From the NCBI GenBank assembly GCA_051294905.1, contig CM119376.1, positions 28,148,001 through 28,212,000 of the forward strand: a stretch of 64,000 bases of DNA, in the 5' to 3' direction. Numbering within the stretch: position 1 is the stretch's first letter; the number at the start of each line of letters is the position of its first letter. The DNA is from Botryllus schlosseri. Lineage: Eukaryota. Under the pieces are notes generated by a model that saw only the letters and a program-made list of their open reading frames with translations, did no database searches and was not told the origin of the DNA. Made by a program: the position numbers and the translations under genes. Shown one piece after another: positions 51,801 to 60,690 of this stretch.

Positions 51801-54239
51801 GTAAATACTGTAAGTAGTGGAAAACTACTTGAGTACTTAGAAAAAGCAGAAGTACCACGTGACTGACCACCACTGAGAAATATACGGTGTTACTTCTATA
51901 GCTATACTTGAGTATACTTGGCATAACAACTCTTACTATAGTCAAAGGTATGCTTCGATCCCCTCTGCTCGTACCAATGATTCGTGCAAATACATATATG
52001 CCTACTTTCTAGCGCTAAGTAGCGATGCGGGGTTTTAATGATGGTATGAATTGCAGGCGATAACTATCACAGACTGAACAACGTCACAGGCCGTCAATCA
52101 GCCTACGTCGCAGAGAACATATGCTGGATACACCAATACTCTCTTTCCATGGGCTTCCTCGTTCCCGTCGCTATTATGCTGGCGTTCAATATATTTGTAT
52201 ACAGCATGGTGTTAAGAACACTTTACCGGAGAGGAAAATCGGTAAATACAAATGCGTGCACAACTGCGCAATGTTCACTCGTGACGTTGAAGGAGTATTT
52301 CCATCAGCAATCTTGCTATTTGAATCCATAAATTCCCTAGTTTAGTTTACCCGTTACAAAAATGATAACAGTCATATTCCGTAATGTGGTATGTGTTTCA
52401 TGATTTGCTAATAATTTACTGTCTCAGCAGTAATCAGATAAAGAGTGATAAAGTTCACGTTACAATCGTGCCTTTGGATTACAAGCATTATTGTCAATCA
52501 GTTAAGAAATCATGCGCCCAATATGCACACATCAGATTTGGACAACCTGCTAATTCTAGTCGTGTAATTAGATCGAAACGTCGGTAATCTAACGCTAAGG
52601 TAATAGGTAAAATGCGTCCATGCTCTGATTTTAATTCCAACTTTATTTTTGGTATTCCTGAAAATGCTATAGGAGTAAAGGAGTAAAGCTTTGCGTACAG
52701 AAATCTGCCATTTTCATGCGTATGAGAACGGGCTCCGATTTGTCATGAATTGCTGAGCTTGAATTTTTTGTATGTCTTTCTATTTCGGAATGTATTTTCA
52801 TTTCCCAGTTTTTGCGAATTCAGTAAATCTAATTGTAATCCAACCTGTTAATCAAAACGTTGGATGTAGCCTACTATTCTAATTCTAATCTGATTTGGAA
52901 AATCTAAAAATTTTCCAGACCAACTGTGCCTCATATTAATATGTCTAGGTAACTTCTCATTGCGCAATTTATGTAATCAAAATTATTGCTCACCCATTGT
53001 AGAGACTTGGTTACCGGAATCCGAATTATGACACGTTAACTAGCGCGATAATGTGGGCCGCGGGTCTACATACATTTGCGAGCAAACATTTTCGAGCACG
53101 AACATTACCAAAACAAAGGTGCGTTGCAATCTAACTGATGTTAACGTTCATTCACAGTTCAAAGAACTTGTTGGAAACTTTGATCGACCACAGATGTCTA
53201 ATTGACTTCAACAGCGAGTAATGTACATTACGTTAATAAATTCATGGAAAACTGTTTTGGTCTCTATGCTTCAAACTTCAAGTTTACGTTAAATACGATC
53301 TTTTCCTTGTATAGATGGGTAAGTCCGCGATTAATGCATCGATTCAGGAATCCGACCCGCCAAGTACTTCATTTTCCCATATCCGGCCCGCCGACTGGGA
53401 AAATTGTCCGTCCCTGATATATGCGGACTTGGGGTTATTTATCGTGAATACCTCTACCCACAACACCGATCTGTCTCGTTTCAGGTGCAATCCTCGGCAA
53501 AGAAGACAAGTATGAAAGACAAAATTTTCATAAGTGTAACACTGATTGCAAGTACCGGTATTGCCTGGGTGTTCGGATATTTAATGCTTCTATCAAAAGA
53601 TGCAACCTATCTCACAGTCATGAGCTGGGTTTTTGCCATTTTGAACACTATTCAGGTTAGCCAACGGTGTTTTTTGTTTCACCGACGCCGCAAAAAGCTG
53701 AACGTGAATCGTACAAACCTTGAAAATATCTTTCGAAGAACAATTCCGAATGTACACCAGGTTCATAACCACGGCATCCCAAACAATTAATTTCCGAGGC
53801 TTATGTTCGAGGCAGTCCCTAAAGTGTTGTGCCGTTCGATCATGATATCATCATTGCGGTGGAAGTCGACACGGGAACTGAAACGCAGTATTCGTTACGG
53901 GCCACGGTCCTCAATTTCTGATTTCTGATACTCCATTTACGTGGTTACGCATAGAGAAGTATGCAGCTAATCGATGGCCCCTCCTTGCTGTCAAAGATAC
54001 AGGCCTTTGAATTTTCCATCGTTTTACAGGGCTTGGTGATATTCCTGAGTACTTGCGTTCGTAATGAGACGATGCGCAACATCTGGCTACAGCCTCTGTT
54101 GAGGTGCTGCGGAGGAGAGAGCAACTATAAGCTGGAGTCCACTTCCAAGTCTTCTTCGGAAAATACATATTCGACGGCCACTAGGGGAACATCGGCGCAG
54201 TCGACTACCAAGCCTCTGGCTTCAGAAAGCAACATGTAA
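17501..54239 (+). CDS. Adhesion GPCR (class B2), complete 20-exon model, ~1000 aa: SP-Ig-like-CCP-like-EGF-EGF-HRM-like-GAIN/GPS-7TM
   Basis: Exons 17501-17579, 19587-19714, 23905-23984, 24050-24180, 31342-31515, 32944-33057, 33110-33247, 33314-33400, 34046-34161, 34220-34381, 38072-38356, 39251-39469, 42901-43020, 44851-44994, 46153-46262, 46556-46763, 46836-46977, 52057-52241, 53485-53655, 54030-54239. All junctions are GT..AG and phase-consistent, giving 3003 nt without an internal stop. GPS and 7TM motifs are diagnostic. The N-terminal exon linkage is less certain, and extra phase 1-1 exons could have been missed. Confidence 0.88.
17973..18832. mobile_element. pogo/Tc1-like non-autonomous element
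   Basis: TIR ggg(a/g)aaggttgg(t/g)cacaatgg flanked by TA on both sides. Confidence 0.75.
19587..19714 (+). CDS. aGPCR exon 2, Ig-like domain N-half
   Basis: tacacag|..|gtaagt; TCTWDPPQPNVYTRANGAPATLNLSVSDELLTNADRVTWTLGS. Confidence 0.72.
19900..20800 (-). mobile_element. Degenerate BEL/Pao LTR-retrotransposon pol remnant (RT then integrase)
   Basis: With frameshifts it reads RNTYV-DD..FGG and LG.LW.PTAD (RT region, 20500-20800), then LRSQ.TW, VRHYL....CRK and TN.SAVD (integrase Zn-finger/core, 19900-20150). Motif order matches BEL pol. Confidence 0.5.
22586..23860 (+). mobile_element. CAGAGGTGGTC-family MITE with (GTAGAA)n subterminal repeats
   Basis: 11-bp TIR; ggtattg duplicated on both sides. 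Confidence 0.88.
23905..24180 (+). CDS. aGPCR exons 3-4 (23905-23984, 24050-24180), Ig-like domain C-half
   Basis: IVISARRFSSVDGGFTDLFDNLRGIMS|YSTGLHSITIPAVYRNDSGLQITVTSGGCYLNDVSHPITLQVE, with a 65-nt intron. Phases 0-2-1 link exon 2 to exon 5. Confidence 0.72.
24308..25540 (+). mobile_element. CAGAGGTGGTC-family MITE
   Basis: Colinear with 22586-23860; imperfect TSD gtcacat. Confidence 0.88.
26720..26975 (-). mobile_element. Decayed LINE APE endonuclease N-terminal fragment
   Basis: LLVGTENV*G and NID..GIQETK (frameshifted) resemble the GTWNVRG and DI.GIQETK motifs. Confidence 0.38.
27078..29278 (-). mobile_element. hAT MITE (CAGTGGTCGGGAACC TIR) hosting nested 28041-29077
   Basis: TSD gtccatac/gtctatac; reverse homologue of 39854-41060. 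Confidence 0.85.
28041..29077 (-). mobile_element. CAGAGGTGGTC-family MITE (nested)
   Basis: TSD tggatact/tggatacc. Confidence 0.86.
30790..30871 (-). mobile_element. tRNA-derived (Lys-like) SINE head or tRNA pseudogene
   Basis: Minus strand has A box TGGCATAATGG, loop ATCTTGA, AGGTCGTGGGTTCAATC (B box) and then a T-run. The acceptor and T stems do not pair. Confidence 0.6.
30916..31254 (+). mobile_element. TAGGGTTACCAT-family hAT MITE
   Basis: Perfect TSD ttatagct. Confidence 0.86.
31342..31515 (+). CDS. aGPCR exon 5, sushi/CCP-like Cys-rich module
   Basis: Phase 1-1 exon: CNLTYFEEADAADQSDCGYMCSRIFQCHNLNISTFQATCQEDATWGAISQPDEKRCK. The TC..D.TW motif is CCP-like. Confidence 0.78.
32165..32755 (+). 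mobile_element. Composite of TAGGGTTACCAT-family MITE pieces
   Basis: Left TIR at 32165, a right TIR ending at 32477, then a second right-half fragment; no TSD found. Confidence 0.65.
32944..33057 (+). CDS. aGPCR exon 6, EGF domain 1
   Basis: CENQVCFNGGTCQERGESYDCLCTPAYDQPDC has canonical 6-Cys EGF spacing; phase 1-1. Confidence 0.9.
33110..33247 (+). CDS. aGPCR exon 7, EGF domain 2
   Basis: CTMDGTKDTCKENSKCRNDPTLLRGVCDCDIGFRGDGTIGC carries the CxC..GF.GDG..C motif; phase 1-1. Confidence 0.9.
33314..34161 (+). CDS. aGPCR exons 8-9 (33314-33400, 34046-34161), HRM-like domain
   Basis: YCNANNVSAFHFELSDVGTTAYSLQKKCP|DGHYVAFALCKVNDAGEANFVDFTFILCNATINSVIPT is a 4-Cys module directly before GAIN. 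Confidence 0.78.
34220..34381 (+). CDS. aGPCR exon 10, GAIN subdomain A start
   Basis: EQVPNNASSEQLKTDTAKIQLLTSNSETKLVKEDVEKISDFVEGVSEAAAAQKT; phase 0-0. Confidence 0.85.
35000..35985 (+). mobile_element. Scrambled BEL/Pao pol remnants
   Basis: IGRL.LES..IY.....ILLDRRSHL (~35050-35140), RKDNPAD (~35265-35285) and WHHVTRKD (~35958-35983) resemble the BEL WxHVxxKDNPAD and GRL..PIIL motifs. Confidence 0.45.
35996..36094 (+). pseudogene. Decayed 28S rRNA fragment (~99 bp)
   Basis: ttggtggtagtagcaaatatt...gaagtggagaa...catgtgaacagcagttga matches the conserved eukaryotic LSU core. About 16 of 99 positions differ from the vertebrate sequence as recalled from memory. Confidence 0.85.
36118..37820 (-). 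mobile_element. CAGAGGTGGTC-family MITE with ~410-bp cargo
   Basis: Perfect TSD gttttcaa; extra sequence at ~36808-37220. Confidence 0.88.
38072..38356 (+). CDS. aGPCR exon 11, GAIN with T/P/S-rich insert
   Basis: VSADVLGNVVNIVDNLV...ILQSINKLANSVEIPENETSVNFTTASMLVT; gtgcag|..|gtaagt. Confidence 0.88.
39251..39469 (+). CDS. aGPCR exon 12, GAIN
   Basis: VTKTPVNQPVWF...SISIPTAALKKAKDKNGLAKLSFFLYFDSTLFPSDSYSPGL; ctcag|..|gtgagt. Confidence 0.88.
39793..39837. repeat. (CT)n microsatellite preceded by AATAAA
   Basis: Directly visible. Confidence 0.9.
39854..41060 (+). mobile_element. hAT MITE (CAGCGGTCGGGAACC TIR)
   Basis: Perfect TSD atctatac. Confidence 0.88.
41201..41397 (+). mobile_element. 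197-bp hAT MITE (CAATGTTCCCTCTAA TIR)
   Basis: Perfect TSD ggcatgtc. Confidence 0.88.
42320..42790 (+). mobile_element. GACTCGAG-repeat MITE (left end degraded)
   Basis: Reverse homologue of 47597-48117; ends acaaccctg. Confidence 0.8.
42901..43020 (+). CDS. aGPCR exon 13, GAIN
   Basis: IVAANVGSDDVPIRNLKDPIEMNFSGEKKKPGQKSGASFN carries the I.NL..PI...F motif. Confidence 0.9.
43327..43475 (-). mobile_element. CAATGTTCCCTCTAA-family MITE
   Basis: TSD gtcggtag/gtcggtaa; homologous to 41201-41397. Confidence 0.75.
44060..44400 (-). mobile_element. Decayed CR1/L2-type APE endonuclease fragment
   Basis: VIHGD..., PDINW and LLTQQAPT*RIG...IVLIN resemble GDFN.PDI.W and L.Q.V..PTR..LDLV. Confidence 0.45.
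44851..44994 (+). CDS. aGPCR exon 14, GPS autoproteolysis motif
   Basis: CGYWNVGKSEWRYDGCVWVVDSDDKLTRCQCNHLTNFALLV matches the C..W..W...GC...CxCxHLT.F consensus. Confidence 0.96.
46153..46977 (+). CDS. aGPCR exons 15-17 (46153-46262, 46556-46763, 46836-46977), TM1-TM4
   Basis: LETVSIIGMSLSMLGLLLTII; ILFHICVNLLISSIIFIVGI; CTLIASFMHYFYLTTWCWMAVYSYDMYRSLVM; LVGYGVPLLVMTL. Confidence 0.94.
47295..48671. mobile_element. Charlie-like hAT element (CAGTGGTTCCCAACC TIR) hosting 47597-48117
   Basis: Perfect 15-bp TIR and perfect TSD cactagtc. Confidence 0.85.
47597..48117 (-). mobile_element. GACTCGAG-repeat MITE (nested)
   Basis: Ends gagggttg / cagccctg; TSD 6/8 (gtatatag/atatataa). Confidence 0.8.
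49705..51875 (-). mobile_element. CAGAGGTGGTC-family MITE hosting 49771-50733
   Basis: TIR cagtggtggtc; perfect TSD agaaatat. Confidence 0.86.
49771..50733. mobile_element. pogo/Tc1-like element (nested)
   Basis: 25-bp TIR ggggagatgtg(g/c)taccgatggatca; TA follows the right end. Confidence 0.8.
52057..52241 (+). CDS. aGPCR exon 18, ECL2-TM5
   Basis: GDNYHRLNNVTGRQSAYVAENICWIHQYSLSMGFLVPVAIMLAFNIFVYSMVLRTL includes the ECL2 CW and the F..P..I....N TM5 motif. Confidence 0.92.
53485..53655 (+). CDS. aGPCR exon 19, TM6-TM7
   Basis: KIFISVTLIASTGIAWVFGYLMLLSKDATYLTVMSWVFAILNTIQ. Confidence 0.93.
54030..54239 (+). CDS. aGPCR exon 20, TM7 end, helix 8 and C-tail
   Basis: Q|GLVIFLSTCVRNETMRNIW...KPLASESNM* completes the N..QG..IF TM7 motif. 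Confidence 0.93.
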   Translation, partial: GLVIFLSTCVRNETMRNIWLQPLLRCCGGESNYKLESTSKSSSENTYSTATRGTSAQSTTKPLASESNM

Positions 54240-56335
54240 CAGGAACAGAAGGCTCCATACCATGTGTAGTGTTATGACGTCACACCGATAGACCATTATG
54301 CAGTGAATTTCCTTGGTCTTCACGCATGGATAGAAATTGAATTTTACGGATCAGCCGAACGCAGTGATGTGTCCGTCAGTGTACTTTCTTCGTGATTAAT
54401 CCTCACGGTATTGAAAATATATAATCGTTAGATTTCTTGCTTCTAATTATGACATTCTTCCAGCAGTAAACTGTATTTTTCCTAGTAGAGTGTATCAATG
54501 ATTTCACGGCTGTTGACGGTGAATCAGCGAATAATTGGCAGTATAGGCAAGGTCATGATGACAAGTCAGGACCATTATGTTTCCAGAGAACGCTCCAAGT
54601 AGGCCCTAATTATGCACATACTTTGGCGATTATTGATATCCGATTTAAATATTATAGTAGTTTTGACCGCACCTCATATTTTACCGATTCTCTAACCTGT
54701 ACGTAGGCTAACCATCGGGGGCTGTGCAGTTCAAAAATTCAAATTCTGATTAAAGGAGGGCTGTATATATAGTGATTCTTGCCAGATTCAGTAATTTCCT
54801 TTTTGTGATTTAATGTCATGATTAATTAATTTGGTAATATATAATTGAAGTATTACCTAATTCGCGATCAAACTTTATCACCTGCGATCAATGATAAAAT
54901 ACATACAAAAATGGTGGGTTATAACTGAGATGCAGACTACATGTGGGAATTGCGTTCTTCTGGATGTGCCCTTATTATGATGTGTATTGCAATGGTACTG
55001 TTATGCAGTGATATAAATATGATAGGATTATATCTCTAACCCTGTAAAGTCTCTCGTTTGCACAGTTAACTAGTTTAATGTATTAGTAATAAGTCTGCAT
55101 TGCACATAAATTTACAGTCAGTTTACAAGTGGATTTTTCCACGATGCACTTTCCTTCGCATATGCCGGTGTACAGTGTGTAGGTGTATGTGACACATCCT
55201 GTTTCATAGTTTCACTATACCATTTTATCATTCTTCCTTGTAATTATATTCCCATGTTTGAAATATAAGATTCGAAGCTAATATGAGCAGGAACAATTGA
55301 TTTCTGAGAATTTTTCATCATGAAACATAATATGCTTGTGAACTTGGTACTGATGAAACATGAGGTATCAGAAATTCGATTCGATGTGATGCGACCTATG
55401 GTTCGAATGTCGACGTACTAGTTGGTTGAGCATTTAAAATATATATGTTTTTGTAAAGTCCATATCTATGTTGGTGATGTTACAGTCGACATTGCCACTT
55501 CCGAAAGTAATTTTGGTTGTAACCGATTTTACGCGGTAACACAGCTTTGAATGTAGCAGCAATAACGTCTGATCCGGCATAATGCAGCACTGGTAAATGC
55601 ATTCACTTTTACTTGGTTAAAGAAAGCCATTTTATCTAGTACATATCAATCATATTAATGGCAGCACTGGGTAATGGGTACGAGTTATGACCAAATAAAT
55701 GCTTTTGTAGCAGTTAAGCAGTTTTAGTGGCAGTCGGGACCAGCACACACTATCACGATCGCTTTGCTGCCCATATGATCCCACAGTTACCTATCTTCAT
55801 CCTTCCGAAACGTTCTATAGATTCCCAGAAATAACACGCCATCTGGCAACAATAGTCCTATATTGGTTAAAAGCAGGGCATGGTATGGTATGGAACGAAA
55901 TTTCGGTATGGAATATGGAAATGTACAATGTATCGAAGTATGGTATGGTATGCAAATTTCCAAGTATGGAATGGAACTTTTTTCTATGCTTCTAGACATT
56001 GCCAGTGTTGCCAGGGCCTTGACAATCATCCAACTTTCGATTTGTAAAATCTATTGCATACGTTTCAGAAAATGGCTTACTGGCAGGTCCATGTTCATAT
56101 CTCAAATTGCGACTCATAGCCACCTACTTCGGTCGATATCTATTTATCGATATGTATTTATCTGTCGCCATACAGCTTACATTTCGCTCATCGTAACTTC
56201 CCCTCCGTAATCTACCTCGAGAAGTTTTACAATGGTAGAGGCTGCGGATGCAACAGTTACATGCAATTTATATCAATTTGTTGAACCTGCACTTTGGTCA
56301 AATGATCATCACGCAAAATCTATTTGACATAAGCA

Positions 56336-58677
56336 CAAGGGCGTAGCCAGAAAAAATATTTGGGGGGGGGGGGGGGCGAAAAATTCGATGACGTAAATGA
56401 GCCCATCCCCTTTAAAGATAAGGAAAATATAGGTTAAAAACTATGGTCTTCGGCCCTTATTGGATAATTAACACAACATCTGAGGGAAATATTCCACTCA
56501 TACATAAAGTGAAGTTAGTTCGTATGAACGGTGGCTCGTTTGAAGATTTCCGAGTACACTGTGTCTTGGGTACTATTGGCCAAAGCGAGACACGCGAAAA
56601 AGTCATTACAGTAACTTGGCTTGAACATAAAAATGGGCCGACCTTTGTATTACATAAATTGGTTTCAATTCACTATAATAATATAATGATTGTTGATAAC
56701 TCGGGCGTGATCACTTTCGCGCGGAGCGCGAAAATTTTTTATAGGTGATGAATGAAATTGGTTCATTATATTGTTACTTGCATATTGCAAATACGTTTTC
56801 ATTATCAGATTTACCGATAGGGCTGATAGAAGTGGTGTCATCGAACATTCAGGAGGCATGCTGGAACCATAGTGTCCTATATGGTGTCGACACAGACAAA
56901 TCTCACGCCCCAGTGAAATTGTATCACGTCACAATTTCCATTTGGCTACAGGCAATTTGACGGTAATTTTTGACCGGCTTGCCGAGCATTAAATTTGGTA
57001 AAACGGGTATCAATCGAAAGCTGACTCGGCACTGATTACGAAAATATAAATTTTATTTCGCTCGTGGCCCTGGAACTCCCACAATCAGACTCGAATTTTT
57101 CATTGTTTTGGAGATTGGCATTGAGACGCAACAATGCTGTCTGGCGAAACGAGAGAGTAGCTCAAGAGAAAAAGAGTCAGACAGCATTGTTGCGTCCCAA
57201 TGCCAATCTCCATAACAATGAAAAATTCGAGGCTGATTGTGGGAGTTCCAGGGCCACGAGCGAAATAAAATATATATTTTCGTAATCAGTGCAGAGTCAG
57301 CTTTCGATTGATACCCGTTTTACCAAATTTAATGCTCGGCAAGCCGGTCAAAAATGACCGTCAAATTGCCTGTAGCCAAATGGAAATTGTGACGTGATAC
57401 AATTTCACTGAGGCGTGAGATTTGCCTGTGTCGACACCATATAGGACACTATGCTTGAACTATGTTATACCATACGGCAAGACTATTTAGAGCAGTGGTT
57501 CTCAACTGGGGGTCCGCAGAGCATTTTTTAGGGGTCCGCGAAACCTCCAAATTTGCAAAATGGTTCATAACCTAATTTTTAGTTTGCTTTAAATTAGAGA
57601 AATCACGAAGCTATTTCGCTTCATAACTGCTAAAACTTCAGGAATCACATAAACAGAGAATGGCCGTCTGAGATAAAATATTCCACTGTGCAAGTCATTT
57701 TAATTGGCAATAGCCTACTCGTACTAACATATTGCTGTTTAGGGATGTTTTGTTGGGGTTTTGAAAAAATTGTTTGCAGAGATCCATTTTCTCCTATGAT
57801 ATACACGACCGCTATTCCAGAATAACTTCACGATGATCTGTTAGATAGAAATGACTAGGCTGGAGGTTATATTGGCCCATGTATGTTGCCATCATAGCCG
57901 TAAAGGTGTTTTGGATATATGAAAGAATTTGATGAATAATATTGGTGCGTGAGCAAGTGGATTTCGGTCTTAATAATTACTTCGTTGAAGCACGGTTATT
58001 TAGCAACCTCTGGTAAAGATTGACGCTATGCTTTAAAGATTGGAATTGCAGATAGCCTACGTACAGACCAAACTAAAAAACTCCTTTGATCAGACGCGTG
58101 CGATTCCAAATTAGCACTTTTTAACGGAAGGTGTGCCAGTCGCATTTATGTTGGAGGGGTCTGATTGCAGGGGCAGGATCATTAGGCACCAGCCATTTAA
58201 GCACCCGAAAATCTATATTGAAGGCTTCGGAATACATCCGTCGGTTTTATAGTTGTCAATCATTTTGAGAACGGACTTTGCGGAGTCTCATGTAGCCTAT
58301 ACTTTAAATGTCTTCATGTGTCCCGGTACGGAAATTGCCGGAACTAACAGTCCCCAACCCCCTTACTGAACTGACACCACCCCTAGACCCAGTCAACCCA
58401 ACGACCTCGGGCTACTCTCGTGTATCTACTGGTACTGTTGTATTCTCATAAGAATGCAGCTAAATTCAATTATGGGTATTTGAGTAACAATTTTTTTCGG
58501 GACGCCGATAATAAAATCAAGACGTGTATGGACACTAAATCGCGCGAAGCGCGAAGAAATTTATTAGGTTGCATTCATCTACCTCAAAATACTGTTATAT
58601 TTATTGATTTTACGAAAAGTTTCCAAAAATTTGGGGGAAGCGATCGCCCCTTTCGCCCCTCTCTGGCTACGCCAGTG
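56336..58677. mobile_element. GCGTAGCCAG-TIR element (nested)
   Basis: Ends caagggcgtagccag / ctggctacgccagtg; perfect TSD cataagca. Confidence 0.85.
56868..57453. mobile_element. Foldback element: 276-bp arms and 34-bp spacer
   Basis: Arms 56868-57143 and 57178-57453 with about 8 mismatches; CATAG..CTATG termini; flanks ctggaac/cttgaac. Confidence 0.9.
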
Positions 58678-58893
58678 CATAAGCATCATTGTAATTAAAA
58701 AATATGTAGCTTCACTTGGAGCGACGTTACGCCATGTCGGCCTCGAACACACATCGTTATATCTCTAAGCTTTGTTATCACTGATAAAAGAATGGACGCC
58801 CTGATGTTGCCGAACGAAGCTGGTGAGTTTGACGGGAGAATCGGACATTTGATCTGCTATCGCAAAACTCTGGTGATTGTAGCGATGTAAAAT

Positions 58894-59295
58894 TAGAGCT
58901 ACCATATGTTGTAAATCTGAAAAGAGGACACTTTTTCAAAAATTTTCCGACTTGCAAAACCGTAGGAAAATCCTGAAAAAATGGTAAATTTTCGCCACAT
59001 CGTGGTCGGTTTACTAAAAAAAGCCAACTTTCTCGCTCAGTGCCCAAAATAGTGTTTAGTTTTTTCTTTCACATAATCAGGGGGTTGACTAAAAAAAAGG
59101 TCAACTTACCGGCCCAGCTCTCGAAATACCCGGCGGAGCGTTACTTCATCGCTGATTTACTGTATCTAAGTCGATTTTGCCATATATTCCACCAAAATTC
59201 TCAAAAACGAGGAAATTTGGGCTTCCCCAAGGACACTTTCAAAAAAGTCAAAAAAGAGGACAAGTCCTCTTAAAAGAGAACGTATGGTAACCCTA
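58894..59295 (-). mobile_element. TAGGGTTACCAT-family hAT MITE (nested)
   Basis: TSD tgtaaaat/tgtaaatt. Confidence 0.82.
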
Positions 59296-59958
59296 TGTAA
59301 AATTATATTCTAAGATATAATCCAATGGAAGAAAACCATTTGTTTAGTTTATTATTCTAGATGATACATCTATATTACTGGTAGTAGTGCGTTGCCACAC
59401 TAGCCATGAGCTTTTGTTGCGATTCCCAAATAATCTTGCATATATCTTACGTTCCGTCTTCGATGAATAGGCAACCTACATCGCTGACATGTGACACCAA
59501 GAGATTGAGGATAGAATTGGTGCATCAAGGCTGTTTAAATGGTTAATTTCATCCAAAATAATTAGAACACAAACGCCGGAAGATATCCACATTTCAAAAA
59601 TATAATATTGCCCGAGAGATTGGGCAACTGCGAAAGTAACGAAAAAGTATCAAATAGGGTATGGAAGAATGTTGCTATGGTATACGGAAAATTGTAAGTA
59701 TGGTATGGAACGAATGAGGCGGGTATGGAGTATGGAAATTTCCCATTCCATACCATACGATACCACATCCTGCTTAAAAGTACCAAATTGACTGATGATC
59801 CAAATGATCATAAAAATTGTAGTAGATCTAACAAGATTGTTGAAGATCAAATCAGATTGTCAAGCACGTCCAGTCCTCCAGTTGCCTTTGTAATACAGAA
59901 CACCGGAGTGTGGCATGACATCCTCTACTCGAGTAAGTAAGCAATTTGGGAAATGTTC

Positions 59959-60690
59959 AGAGAAAGGGAGAGATAGAGACAGAGAGACAGAGACAGAGAG
60001 AAAGAAAGAAAGAGAGAGAGAGTCTTTATTCGTGCAAGTTACAAATCAACATCACGCAACAAAAATGCAACGCAGTGCAATGAGTCATGCAAGGTAGTCG
60101 GGAGGCTCGATATATCACAAAGTCTTCAGAGCCGAGCAACCCAGGACAGGAGAAATTATCACAGTTGATAACTAATAAAAATTGAATAAAAAATAAAATC
60201 GAAGGAACGAAAGAAAAACAATGTCATGGAACAATTCGAAATACAATGCAAATACAATTTAGCGGTATATAGTAGGAGATCAGAAAATGTTTTAAATGCA
60301 CAAGAGTCTAAATGACGGAGAGCAGGCAATGCAGCTTATTCCAAGTATTGACACCAATAAAACGGATTGAATTTTGTACTAGACTGGTAGAGTGATGTTG
60401 CACAGACAGAGACAAGTTAGAAGAAAATCTGGCGCGATGTTGGTGTGTATATCTGAAGGTATGTGAAACAGATTATCAAAATAGTGGCAGTTCACCCTGT
60501 TAATAGCTATGCATAAATTTCATTCCCTGAAATTTGAAAATGTCTTCCACTTTTAATATCCCAACGCTTCGATACATCCTATTACAATTTTTAATATCTA
60601 GATTTCCGGCAGAGAATTCGTGTGGCTCGGTTTTGCAAAACTTGCAATTTATGCAGGCCTTTTTTCGCAGCAGGTCCCAAACCAAGATCC
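59959..60690 (-). mobile_element. 5'-truncated CR1-group LINE 3' end
   Basis: GILKVEDIFKFQGMKFMHSY..ELPLYF..GVNTWNKL is typical of the ORF2 C-terminus. It is followed by a 3' UTR, AATAAA (60025-60030) and a CT-rich tail. Confidence 0.72.

Larger units (their letters stand above)
55874..59772. mobile_element. Compound hAT insertion with (GGTAT)n subterminal repeats containing nested elements
   Basis: TSD gttaaaag/cttaaaag; empty site cttaaaag at 3619-3626 in the paralogous flank. Confidence 0.85.
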
